A stretch of 64,000 nt of DNA, from NCBI GenBank assembly GCA_012026655.1, contig JAAILG010000035.1, forward strand, positions 1 to 64,000, in the 5' to 3' direction. The notes under the pieces are model-generated. The model did no database searches and was not told the origin of the DNA. It saw nothing but the letters and a program-made list of their open reading frames with translations. Shown one piece after another: positions 26,881-39,170 of the stretch. The translations under genes and the position numbers were made by a program. The stretch is from Hydrolagus affinis (Eukaryota). The first letter of the stretch is position 1, and each line of letters opens with the position of its first letter.

Positions 26881-27809
26881 CAGTAAAAGCCCATTTATCC
26901 GGCACCCTCGGGACCCGGCCAGTGCCGGTTAAAGCGCCTGCCGGATATTTGGCAGAAAACCCAACACAAAAAATATATATATTTTTTTAAAAATTACATT
27001 TTTTAAAACATAGCATATTAATAATAGACTAAATAATCATTTATATGATAATACAATATACAAATAATAATTATAATCATTTTACACACTGCGACCAGGC
27101 AATTTGGAGAGATCTTTAAACTAGTGCAAAAGTTACACGTCTGAATGACATTGTTCTCATTGGGGTCAGAAGAGAGGAAAGCAAACATGTTATTGAGAAA
27201 GCAGCCGCCGCTGTCACTGTTCAGTTAACTTTCCTTCCAAATGGATCCAAGGATCGGCATTGAAAGCAAACGTTTCATTTGACTTTTAAAGTTAGATTTG
27301 TTTTTAACATCAGACTGGGGTAAGGGGAGGCGCTGAGTGTGTTTCTGATATACACTGTAGCTTCCCAAGCTTAAAGTATGTGTAAAATAAACCAGACTTG
27401 AGAGGTATTGCAGGGGTTTGTGTTTTTTATTAATTTATTAAATTTATGAAGTTTATTAAAGATAAAAGCTACGGCTGTGATATGCATTGATCTGCAAGCT
27501 TTGCTTGTGTGTGTGTGTTTTGCTGCTCTGTGGTTAAATTAATGAAGTCACCCTCGCTCTCCCTCCTCTCTCAAATCTGGAGAGTGTACCTCTGTGCACT
27601 CTGCAGAATGCTGTACCGGCAGCGTTCTGAACTAGTGCCACCATCAGGCACCTAGGAGCAGCATTCCAAAATACTGACGCAACACAAAACACCAAAAAAA
27701 TGCATTTTTCTGGATAAATTCCAGTTTATTGAATGCGGAGCTTTTTTTTGCGGTGCCGGTTATACGGAAGTTACGGTTAATCGGGTCATGGATAAACGGG
27801 CTTCTACTG
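26881..27809. mobile_element. pogo/Tigger-like MITE, long copy (929 bp), nested in a SINE tail
   Basis: Same termini as 15607-15817 (CAGTAAAAGCCCATTTATCC..GGATAAACGGGCTTCTACTG) with TA TSD. The flanks rejoin as the SINE tail cttcacagacTAtaatgtaaagtg. Confidence 0.88.
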
Positions 27810-28235
27810 TATAATGTAAAGTGCAGTGACTGTGTTTTACGTGCGAACACAACAACAACAAAATTACACATGTATAGTGCCTTTCACGTCAGGAGGACGT
27901 CCCAAGGTGCTGGACACCCACAAATAATAAAATAATAGATTCTTGCCATCCAAAAGGTAGAATGTTTAGCCAAAGGAGGTTTGCAAGCTTTTAGATCACA
28001 AACTGTTCAAGTTCCCTAAAATGGCATGCAACCATTATTTAATATTTTTAATATTTTAGCATAATAGTTTAGTAAGAAAACATGCGTGTTTTGAAGATTA
28101 AGCAACAACAACAAAAACAAAATTACATTTCTATAGTGCCTTTCACGTTGGGAGGACATCCCAAGGCACTGAACAGACAGTATTCTGGACCCAAGCTTGG
28201 GGTAGAGATTGGGGAGGGTGGAGAGTAGGGTGGGA

Positions 28236-28545
28236 ACAACAACAGCAAAATTACATTCATAGAGAACCTTTCACATTAGGAGGATATCCCAAGGCGCTGA
28301 AGGAGGCTGATCGAAAGCACAGTCAAAGAGGAGGGCCTTGAGGTGGTTCATGAAGGAGGCGAGAGATGGGGCGAGATGGAGGGATTGTGAGATGGTATTC
28401 CAGAGGGTGGGGGGCAGAATGGCTGAAGGTCCGCCCGCCAATGGTGGGGTGGGTGAGATAGAGGACGTGTAGCAGGCTGGTGCTGCTGAGCTGAGGAAAC
28501 GGGCAGGTTGGTAGGGGGTTAGGAGGTCGCAAAGAAGAGATGTGG
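28236..28545 (-). mobile_element. L2 LINE 3' fragment
   Basis: Minus-strand peptide LCDLLTPYQPARFLSS..PTLWNTISQSLHLAPSLASF..LKALLF plus tail. Confidence 0.8.
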
Positions 28546-29289
28546 GACAACAATGAACTTTTCGCACAGTTAAACTGATGAAGTTAGGGTAACCTTTCTT
28601 AAGGACTTTATTTTCTCCACATTGAGAGCACCAGTAGATATATAGAGGATCTTCTGGACAAGGATACACTTTCGATGTGCTGCTTATCCTCGAGTTGCTT
28701 TGAACAGAGATATGCCTATTGTGTTAAACCCTCCTTCAGTCCAACTTCTCTTCAAGCCATATTGGCTTCAATGATTGATATTTCTGGGTGAATAGATGTA
28801 ATTTCATTCTCCGCATCAAATAGTTCTATTGATATGTTTTGCCTTGCTGCCTCAAGCGATCGCACTGTGTTTTGTACAGAGACTCCAATCATTCCGTCCA
28901 GTTGTCGGTTCTGTTTTTTCGCCAAACATAACTTTAAAGATGCCACGTTTCATTCAGCGAAAGTGTGGAGTACTTTCCCATTTGCTGTCAACACCAGGTG
29001 CAACATTTGGCTTGAGATACAATCCTGTTCCAGCTAGTTACTGTAATTTTAGTTGAGCTTTTTATTTTAAGCCTGTGTAACCATCCATCAAATTGCAATG
29101 ACTGCAATTTTTTGAATGCCCATCTAAGGTATTACCAATGCTGTAGTCTGTATAAGGGCTAATCAGTTTAGGTAGCTGGGGAAGCATAATGGATTATACA
29201 ATATATACTGTATATTGGTAATAATTTAACAATGATCCTCTCATTTGACCTAGAGCATTATCATGTTGAAACATCTCAACACAAATATC

Positions 29290-29505
29290 TCACACGCATC
29301 TTGAAAGTGTATTGAATGTGTTTTGTTGAGAAACGTGACAACCAATTTGTACAAAGCAGAGCTCCACACGGCTCTGAAGTGAATGACCAGTTTTATTCGG
29401 GAGAATTGTCGGCCAGGGCATTGGGAGCGAGAAACCCTCTTCTCTTTTAGAATTGTGCCGTGAGATCTTTAACATGGACAGGCAGACAGAACTCTGGTTT
29501 AACAT
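29290..29505 (-). mobile_element. DeuSINE fragment
   Basis: Reverse complement gatgttaaaccagagttctgtctgcctgtccatgttaaagatctcacggcac matches the Deu core. Confidence 0.7.
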
Positions 29506-30519
29506 CATAGCTGTTTATATTTTCGGGATTTGTTGCAAATTCATACATATATTTAAAATTCAACAGATGCACAATTTTTTTCTCGTTTCTAATTGTCTTG
29601 CCTGTTTGCTCCTGGAAAGTATTTTATTTTCCCTCTTCTGGGACTTCCACAAACTCAGCACAAACTATGAATTTCCTGGTACCTCAGCATAAACGTGCTG
29701 AACTACCCATGGTTGAGATTTTGTTTTACCGATATGCTAAGCCTTTTCCTTCCATTGTAACCAAGACTCCAAGTTGATGTCGACCATGAATATTTCAATA
29801 GCATTATTAGATTGGGAAATGGTGATGAAGGGAAGATGCTAAACTGAATGCATAAAGGAGGGGGCAGATGCTAAGTGACAGTTCAGTTATCAAGGAAGTA
29901 GCATTGTGTTTTCTATTATATTTGTAAATAGCTCAATGGGTGTCACTGCTTTTGAACCAACTGAAAAGTGTGTGAGATTCCCCCTGGGGGGAGCTGATTT
30001 TTCTTTCCTTTCAAAATGCATCTGCTCTTCATTTGGCACTTTCCCCTTATAACATGTCCAAGATCAGCAACTCACCCACAAGGGGAATAATGGACGTCAG
30101 CTTCCATCCTAGATCTCTCCTGCACATGTTGCCAATTCCGTAATGCCCAGAGTGACATTAAGAAAATGCAAAATGCCTTCAACACCAAAATGTTTGCATG
30201 TGGATATCATCATTTATATTTTAAAACGTGGACACTTTCTGAATGCAGCTGATGTCACTACATTTCTGCCTCTGCTTACACATTGTACACTTACTATCAG
30301 ATTATTCCCATTTGGTGAAGACCTTAGAGGCATTGTACTATGGGAAAAGTGCTATAAAGTGTAAGTGTAGTGAAAAGTGTACAATAGTGTCATTTCCATC
30401 TACATTGAGTGATAGCTGAATATAAACATACAACTTTAAGCTTTTGTACTTGCTTATATAGCACCGTACTTGCATTTTTTGCACAATGCACTCGCACTGT
30501 GCATTGTACTTGCATTTTT

Positions 30520-30905
30520 ATAGATAGCTCCGAGAGCAGAGTCTCAGAGTGCGGAAAAATGCATAGTTTGATGCCAAACCGGGGAGAAACAGGAAAGCCT
30601 TCAGTCGCGAGAGGAAGACGGGTGTAAAGGAGCTGAGGGGATTGAGGCAGGAAATTCCAGAGGTTTGGGTGTGGTGGCTGAAGGCATGACTATTGATGGT
30701 TGAGCGGAGGGGTTGAGGCACGTGTAGAAGGTCTTAACCAGTGGGAAAAAGGGGCGTGTAGAGGAATGAAATATGAGGAGGTTGGGGATGTCGGGAGGTG
30801 CAAAGGCATGCTTTCTAGGTGAGTGCGAAGTTATCTGAAATTGATCCATTCCAGCCAATGGAGGCTGGCAAGGTGTGGAGTCATAGGAGTGGAAGGTTTG
30901 GATAG
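30520..30905 (-). mobile_element. L2 LINE internal fragment
   Basis: Purine-rich + strand; the minus strand is the C-rich sequence typical of L2 ORF2 (..ccttgccagcctccattggctggaatggatcaatttcagat..). Confidence 0.6.
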
Positions 30906-31302
30906 GAAACTAACAATCAGAACTAGTAACTGATCAGATCAGCGTACATCACACTAACACTCCTGTCTGTGCTCCTGAATTCTGTCGTGGTAGAAGTACT
31001 AATGTCAGCTCTTTTTACCACATTTGCCAACAGTTCCTGACTAGGAAAAACAACATCTGAAAACACTCAGTTAAATTTAACTTTAATTTATTTAAATCGT
31101 GGAAAAAATGCCCTGTTAAATAATCCTCACCCTTGTTTTGTAATTTATTTATTTTTTCATTTCTAACAGCAGCCGTACAAGTACAACTAAGGGGATAGAG
31201 CAAACTTCACACAAAATTATGATACTAAACGTATTGAGTGCTGGCCCAAGCCCACTGTGAGTGTGGACTGTGTACAATTGTGAGCTCTCTATTCCAGTTG
31301 GG

Positions 31303-31819
31303 CAGTGGTTTCCAAACTGTGGGGGTGCGCGTCCCTTAAGGGGTGTGTACCGTTGGCTGGGGGGCCGCAGCCGCTATTTTTCTTATTACAGGTAAACCCC
31401 GTTTAACATTGCAAAGTTCGCTAATAAGTCGTTCGCCAGCGGGTGGAAAGGGGGACCTGGGAGTGAGCCAGGTCGGCAGCGAGAGAGCAAGCTGGGCAGG
31501 GAGTCAGGGAGTGAGTGAGTGAGTGAGTCAGGCAGGCAGGCAGTCGGGGAGAAACGTTGCGCTTCAAAGCAAGCTCACACATCACACTAACAAATTCTAA
31601 GTGTTGTAAATTGTAAATGTAAGTACAATTGGTTTCACAATTTTAATAATTTGTTTCATTTACGGTAATTAATTTTTTAAACAATTTCATGTTTGAATAT
31701 TGAATTTGCTGTTATCATTTGTGAAAATTATTCAATGTGAAGGAGGGGGAGTAGGGGTGGCGCAACGAAAACTTTGCTGAGTTTGGGGTGCGTCGCCATT
31801 TAATGTTTGGAAGCCACTG
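31303..31819. mobile_element. hAT (Charlie-like) non-autonomous element
   Basis: TIR CAGTGGTTTCCAAAC / CAGTGGCTTCCAAAC; degenerate 8-bp TSD cagttggg / cagtagcg; internal (GAGT)n and (CAGG)n. Confidence 0.82.
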
Positions 31820-31829
31820 CAGTAGCGTC

Positions 31830-32585
31830 GTGTCCCGAAGTCCCGTCTGCCATTAAAGGTGAATATTCAGGACACTATATGAAAAGATAAGGGAGTTTCT
31901 CCCAGTGTCCTGGTCAACAATCCACTACAAAGTAAACTTTGTCATTCTTTGTGGGACATTGCTCTGTTCAAATTGCCTGTTGCGTTTTGTGTATAAAATA
32001 CAATCACTGTACAGGGACCCCGCCCCAACCGCGGTTTTTTCTACCGTGCATTTCACGTATCCACGGTTGCCTCTCTGCGACAACCTTTGCCAACCATGGC
32101 AGTGAATTTTGCATATCCATGGGTTTTAACACTATCACTAGCGTTTGGCGCTGGGACCAAGCCACGCCACGATGTCGCTTCTCCGCATCCACCCCCCTCA
32201 GTGTCACCCACCACACCACCTTCTCCACATCCTCGCACTCGTCGGTGATTTATGATCTGAAGGAGGAGGCAGAGGAGGAGGGTGCACAGGGCCCCTCTTC
32301 CATGTAACAACCATCTTCCCCATCATCATCATCATTAGGATTTAGGTAAACAACATGAATTTTTTTGTGTTTAATTCAAGGACAAGCAAATTTACTCCCG
32401 CTATCCCCATGTTTCCCAAAAGGCCCTGCATTTTCCAACCGCGGTTTTACTAACCTCAGAGGTTTTCAGGAATGTATCCCCGCGATTGGGGAGGGATACC
32501 TGTATTTTACACAAAATCCTGAAGCAGTTTGACATGTCTCTCGATGTGAAAGGCTCAATATCAAAGGCAAGGACTGTTTATTAAT
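31830..32585 (+). mobile_element. DeuSINE interrupted by a Tigger-like element
   Basis: Core gtcccgtctgcc..gggagtttctcccagtgtcctgg at 31840-31915; the tail resumes after 32504. Confidence 0.72.
32012..32502 (+). mobile_element. pogo/Tigger-like internal deletion derivative
   Basis: TIR CAGGGACCCCGCCCCAACCGCGG / CAGGTATCCCTCCCCAATCGCGG with TA TSD. The interior reads into an acidic stretch (LKEEAEEEGAQGPSSM*), possibly a transposase C-terminus remnant. Confidence 0.82.
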
Positions 32586-34800
32586 ATCGTCATCATCATG
32601 ATGTGGTCAAATTCATTGTGCTCTTATATTAGCTGCTTAAATTATTATAAATTATATAATAGCATTTATTTTTAATAAGGTTTTATAAAATACATTTGAT
32701 TAATTTTGATACATTTAAAACATTTCTACGTTTTGGGTTTTCCTTTGCTATTTCAAATTTTATTCTCAAATGCGAAAAACACTGCAAAGGTACCAGAAAT
32801 GCTTCAGTATTTCTGAATTGTACTAGTTTCATCAAAAATGTTGACCTTGCGTACCAGCCAAGTGTGAGGTAATACTCAGGAGTTTAAAACCTTGAAGTGA
32901 ATGTTATATCTGTTTTGTATTATCAGTTAAATGTGACACATGTATAGTATATGATAGGCTAGGATGTTACCTTTTAACGTCTTAACAATACAGACAGATC
33001 CTTGTAACGGAATGCAGCTGTTTGGTATCCTCGACTTTCACATCTCCAGGAGTACATCACATGTCTTCCTTTTGCCTGTGATTGGGAAAGACGAGCTGCA
33101 GGGTCTGTGGTGTCAGTGCTTTGGGATGTCCTCCCGAGGCTATACAAATGTAATTTTGTTGTTTGTTGTACTTGTCGGGGAACCTTGGAGCCATTTAGAA
33201 TTTGCAGCTTTTAAAAAAGGCTCACCAACCCTTGAGGTTTCAGTAAATAATTACACATCCTTAAAACAGTGGAGAGACCAAAGTACTAGCTGCTCTGTGA
33301 ATCATCTGTTGAAGAGTGTTTGAGACCAGTACACTGGACTTGTTTTAATAAAACTTTGATTCTATGACGGGAAGATGGGTTTTCTAGAAGGATAAGAGCA
33401 TGAGTATTCCCGAAGGATTGAGTGAAGAGTCGGTCTTCTTTATCCAGACTGATCTTGTGTGATCTTTATGATCTTGTGAAGTGAAATATTTGGCAATAGT
33501 CAATCCAATATTCAGTGTAACGAGTTTCATTTTTAGAGAGAAATAGTGACACTGGACATCTCAGCACATTGGAAAACGTAAACAAATTACTGAAAAAATA
33601 GGAGAGGTTAGAAATACTTCTGCATTTCAAGTGATTCATGGAGCCAACTCCATAGCAGCATTTAAGAGGGAATTACATAAACACCGTCTGTAAAAAATAC
33701 TCTCTGACAGAGCCGGGAACATATTCACAGACAACACAAGAAGACATGATACAATGGCAATATTTTTTCTTGCAATCAATAGCAAATGTTTTACCTACAA
33801 TTCAAATGATTGCAAGTAAAATTGTCATTTGTCATGCTTACTTGGCAAGTCTTTAGAACAGTTATTGTACCCATTATTTGTGCTAGAATAAGTTATTTAT
33901 TTTCCCAATTATCCCAATAGACTTTCAGGATGTCTCAGGCTACAGGCACACTGACCGGGCCAGCTCTTTTGGAAATATTAATTAGTAAATCTTAGTTAAA
34001 AAATAGTTTTGCTACAGGGAATAGCAGAGTAGCTTGCTCCAGCAGACCCAACAGGCCAAATTATTGCCTTTGTGCTGCAAACGTACTGTGATTTTTAAAA
34101 ATACAAAATAAAAAGCGAAATGTAAAAATATTAAGAAAGTACTGTACTATGATGGCTAGCCACGAAAACGCAATAAACAGTGTCACTGCTGGTGGCTTGT
34201 TATAATGTGCTTAATTAAGAGTAATTGAATAACTAAACTGTTTATCCCTTGTTGTGATTTATGTTGCACCAACAACCAAAATGTTAGCTTGGAAATACTT
34301 TATGACTATCCTTCGGTGCTTAAACTACCCACAGTTATATTTTTCTGGGGGAGGGGACCTATATTCTCTTTTGAAAAATAACTGATTTTTACAGATTAAT
34401 TTTACTTTGCCTTAAAAGATGCAATGAGTCGTTTGACTTATTACCTTGTTACTTGATGACTTATTTGTGAATGCAATAGGCTGTATAATTATCACTATCG
34501 TTCAGTTTCATCAGAGTGAGACGTGGGAGGGGAGGTTTGGGGTGTGGATAAAGGAATATTCCATGTGGCCTTTTAGGAACATTTTATTGATCAAAATAAT
34601 AAAAATTTAAATTAAATAACTCGTATAATGTATTCTTGTTTTAGAGAACTACTTCAAATACAATATTGCTACCACTTACTTTTCTTTCCTTGTTAGTTGT
34701 AGCTTTAAAGACATCACGGTGAGCAATCGAGATTTTTTTTTTTGTATTAGCTCTTTTTATTGTGTGAACTATATAATAATCCTTGCATTTGGTATGCATA

Positions 34801-35091
34801 GAGTCCTGTGGTTCAGTGGTTAGAGCACTCGCCCCACAAGTGAAAGACCTGTCTGAGTTCTATTCCAGGCAGCGCGAAACCTTGACCAAGTTTCCTTATG
34901 TCTAATAATAATACCTAAAAAAAATTGTTCATTTCAATCCATGACTGTTTGTGAGACACGGCTGTGCGTAATTGGCTGCTGCGTTTCGCCCACGAATATA
35001 TAGTCAATTAAATTTACAGTATATTCTGTGAAGAGCTTTGTGACATCTAGAAGACGTGATAGGGCATTACATCAAATGCAAGGATTATTAT
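34801..35091 (+). mobile_element. Full-length tRNA-derived SINE (short subfamily)
   Basis: Head gagtcctgtggttcagtggttagagcactcgcc, body and tail; sits inside an older minus-strand SINE tail. Confidence 0.85.
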
Positions 35092-35159
35092 GATAGTGCC
35101 TTTCATATCAGGAGTACCTTTCAAATTCACAGGATTACACTTCAAAGTTTATTAATTAA

Positions 35160-35519
35160 AGGTTTATAAGATTATGAGAGGTTTCAGTATGGTGAATAGG
35201 GAAAGACTGTTTCCACTGGTGGGTCATGGTCACAGATTTAAAATAGTTTCAAAACGAAGCAGAGGGGAGCTGAGGAGAAACTTTTTCACTCAGTGGGTTG
35301 TTCAAATCTGGAATGCATTGCCTGAAAAGGTGGTGGAGGCAGATTCCATAACAGCTTTTTAAAAGAGAACTAGATCTTTATTTAGGAAGAGCAGGTCTGT
35401 TAGGTTATGGGGAGAGAGTTGGGCAGTGGGATTGAGTTGCTCTGTTCAAAGAGCCGGCACAGACTAGATGGGCGGAATGGCCTCCTTTTGTGCCGTATAA
35501 TTCTATGATTCTATGATTG
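35160..35519 (+). mobile_element. CR1 LINE 3' end
   Basis: Peptide RRNFFTQWVVQIWNALPEKVVEADSITAF, 3'UTR gatgggcggaatggcctcc and (ATTCTATG)n tail. Confidence 0.9.
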
Positions 35520-36366
35520 TGCATTGTATAAGCAAATGTGGCAGGCAATTTGCATACAGCAGTGTCCTAAAACAGCCTTGAAATGACAATGAATTAATTT
35601 ATATTTCAAAGTTTCCCAGGTTTTCCCTCGCTTGGCCTTACTTACAACATCTTGGATCTATATAGATCCTCTTCACTCGCGGTAATGAGAAATTTCTCAC
35701 CCTAGATCAGTACAGTTTTTGAATGAAAATGAGACTAGTCCTCCCTGATATCTATCATAACCATCTGTTTATCTAACATTTAATTTTTTTTACTAAGCAA
35801 TATTTCCAGGAGGGTTTGCTCTGTCAGTGTGGATGTAGTGCGCTCTGAGACGCCGTCCGGCTTGGAGGGCGCTATATAAATCAAAGTTGTTGTTGTTGTT
35901 GTTGTAGTGTGAGACATCCTTAAAGCCATTTGAGAGGGAGCTGTGGAAATAAGTCACTTATTTTTGCTCAAGTGATGGGTACAATAACTGTTCTAAAGAT
36001 TTGCCAAGTAAGGATGACAAATGGTAATTTTTTTCCCAAACCTTTGATTATCCTTTGTGTGAATGGGACCCATACATGATTGCCAACATATCATGGTCCC
36101 CTGTTTTGTCTACAAATATTTTCCCTTCTGTGGTTTTGGAGGCAATACAATCCTGCAAAATTAGTTGTTCCCGCAGCCTCGGCTTCTGTGTTTATACTGT
36201 ACTAAGGTGGGACTGCCATAAGTATGGGACAATTTATAAAGTATACTTCATGAAGTGTTTTCGTTTAAAGATGTGAACATTTGTATTAGAATAGAGTGTT
36301 GGATTCTATCTTTCCCACATTCACACATTGGCAGTGGAAAGGTAGAGAGGGTTAGGATATTTTTTC

Positions 36367-36626
36367 GGTTATCGCTCGATAGTCCGAAGGTTCGTTAGTC
36401 CGAAGCTTCCCCTAACCCTAACTCCAACCCTAACCCTAACCTTTAGACTAATGAACCTTCGGACTATCGCACCAAATGTTCGGATTAACAAACCGTATTT
36501 CATTGTCGGTTCGGACTATCGAGCGGTAACCGCCCTGGGTATAGGGAATTTGTGTGTTCGGACTATCGAACCTTCGGACTAATGAACCTTCAGACTATCG
36601 AACCTTCGGACTATCGAGTGCCCCCC
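36367..36626. mobile_element. Foldback/MULE-like non-autonomous DNA element with telomere-like repeats
   Basis: Perfect 8-bp flanking duplication attttttc (36359-36366 and 36627-36634). Inverted termini built from 15-bp units AACCTTCGGACTATCG-like; internal (CCCTAA)n at about 36409-36442. Confidence 0.75.
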
Positions 36627-36705
36627 ATTTTTTCAGCCTCCCTTCAGATTAGATAATGTCCTTTTTCTGTTTCTGTGGATTTTGAAGATCTCATGACATC
36701 ATTTA

Positions 36706-37051
36706 ATAATAGTAATAATCCTTGCATTTGAAGTAACACTTTTCACGTCTTTGAGATATCTCAAACCCTTTCACAAATTATACTGTAAAGTGAATTTGAC
36801 TGCATACAGTATTTTGTTGGTGAAATGCGACAGACAAACAATCGTGGATTGAAGTGACTAATTTTTAAAAATTTATTATTATCCCCAGAAAAGCGATCTG
36901 CCAATCGACTAACAACTGGGGTCCTATTTACTGCTAGATAACCAGAGGCATGTGGAGTGAGGAAGCTTCCCCAACATTTTGCTCTGCTGGCTATCAAACC
37001 CGGGTCTCTTGCTTGCAAGGCGAATGCTCTAACCACTGAGATGCAGAACTC
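36706..37051 (-). mobile_element. tRNA-derived SINE, long (CORE-like) subfamily
   Basis: Head ctcagtggttagagcattcgccttgcaagc; extra segment ctctggttatctagcagtaaataggaccccagttgttag. Confidence 0.8.
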
Positions 37052-37261
37052 TACAATTTGAAAAGAAAAGCGAGTTGCTCCTGGTGTCCTGACCAACAAT
37101 CCTTCGAATAAATTGTCACAATATTGCCCTATACAATTACCCTATTGACCATTACCCTATACAAATTGACAGCAGCTTTTGCAGGCAATACACTTAACAA
37201 AAGCTATTTGTGAAGCATTTTGAGAATTGTAGTGTTATAGATGCTATATAAAATAACGATA

Positions 37262-37558
37262 ATTAATAATCCTTGCATTTGATATAGCGTCTTCTAGACG
37301 ACTCAAAGTGCTTCCCAGAATATACTGTAAAGTGAGTTGACTGTATATTTGTGGACAAAACGCAGCAGCCAATTGCACACAGCAGTGTCACACAAACAGT
37401 CGTGGATTGAAATGACCCATTTTATGATTTTTTTTCTTAAGGAATATTATCAGGTGTGTGGAGCAAGGAAACATGCCCAAGGTTTTGTCCTACCAGGAAT
37501 TGAACCCAGGTCTCTCGCTTGCGAGGCAAGTGTTCCAACCATTGAGCTACAGGACTCC
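37262..37558 (-). mobile_element. Full-length tRNA-derived SINE (short subfamily)
   Basis: Head gagtcctgtagctcaatggttggaacacttgcctcgcaagcgagagacctgggttcaattcc. Confidence 0.88.
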
Positions 37559-38900
37559 TCAGTGTTACAGATACAATATACTGTAGATATTGTATTTATA
37601 ACACTGCGATATCTTAAAGTACTTCATAGATATTTATGTGGATTATTATTATAGGTTTTGGTTTCTTGAAATTAAACATGTAATTAAGATTGAATCCAAT
37701 ATTTCCTTCCTTTAAAACAACGAAAGCCTGAATTTATATAGCACCCTGCACATAATGTAACCTCTTTTCCATTTGTAGCCCCTTAAAGAGCAGTAAAGGG
37801 AAGATGATTGCAGTTTCTGGGTGAACCTCAAAATACAGCATATTTGCATTGAAAATGCTATGTAGCTTAGTTGAATGGGACAAAAAGCGCAGCCATGACT
37901 GTATTAAAAATAACTTTTATTTGAATTATTTTTATTTTGTGGGTACATTTTATTTGATTTTGTATGAAAACAAAGCATTAAAATATGTATGAAAATGTTA
38001 TCGAAATTGGGCTGAGCAGTGTTCCTCAAACTTAAACTGTAATATTCAAATGAGCTGCTTTGGCTAACATCAAATACTTTTAAATTGCCTTATGGTTTAT
38101 TAGAGATTCAAATTTTACTTTGTGCCCATTAGACAACAGTCGAATTATTCCATCCCTTAACCTCACTTCAAAGGGTGTTTGTCACAGTCAGCTGCATTGT
38201 GGACAGTGCCATGTTATCAGAGTAGTTTACAATCAATATAATATAATTTACATTTATATAGCGCGTTTCGCATTGGGAGGATGTCTCAAATCATCTTCCA
38301 TAACCATCAAACAGATCAATTCTGAAGTTGTGAATGTGCACAGTCCTTTCAGTAACTACTGTATCCTATATCGGCTCTACCTAGTGTGGATGTTTCCACA
38401 TTGATGCATTATCAGACATGAAAGTCAGCCTTTCCCTAATCCCCCCTATATTCTCACAACAGTGAGAAATGAGAGGATGTCTGTTCCTGACTCTGTCCAT
38501 CAGCAATTCTCGCTTTGTCAGAATGGCCTTAGTTCAGAGCGAGTCGAAAAAGCATAGTAACATTGGCGGCTGGTGACCTTTTTGACAAGTGTGGAAATCT
38601 GGGTTTACCTAACTAAGTTATCTTGTTACCGTGGTGACAGGCTGTTTGCACATGGGTAAATTCTTGGCCTCTCTTTCGCTGGACTTGTTCCTGCCCTGGT
38701 ACTGCCATGTTCCCTAAATTCTGTCTGAGCCAGGGCCTCGTTTGCCTCAACAACAACAACTTTGATTTATATAGCGCCCTCCACGCCGGACAGCGTCTCA
38801 GAGAGCTCAACTGACAGGCAACCATTGCTTTGGGTTATGAACCTACATTCTTACCTGAAGTCGACTTTTTCATATCAATCATTTGCAACCGTTCATAAGT

Positions 38901-39170
38901 ATAATAATAATCATAATAATAATCCTTGCATTTGATTTGGTGCTTTTCACATCTTCTAGACGTCTCAAAGCACTTCACTTAATATAGTGTAAAGTGAATT
39001 GACTGCATATATATGGGGGAAACGGGGCAGCCAATTGCACACCGCAGTGTCCCACAAACAGTCGTGGATTGAAATCACCAGTTTTTTTTGAGGGATTATT
39101 ATTAGGCATGTGGAGTAAGGAAACTTGCCCAAGGTTTCACCCTGTCTGGAATTGAACCCAGGTCTCTTGC
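38901..39170 (-). mobile_element. tRNA-derived SINE (short subfamily), head truncated
   Basis: B-box-like gggttcaattcc, family body and (ATT)n tail. Confidence 0.85.

Noticed and set aside
36409-36442. Telomere or chromosome fusion site
   Set aside because: Only about five hexamers, inside a TSD-bounded element.
36480-36626. CRISPR-like array
   Set aside because: The 15-bp units are contiguous with no unique spacers, the context is vertebrate, and there are no cas genes; they are TIR subrepeats.
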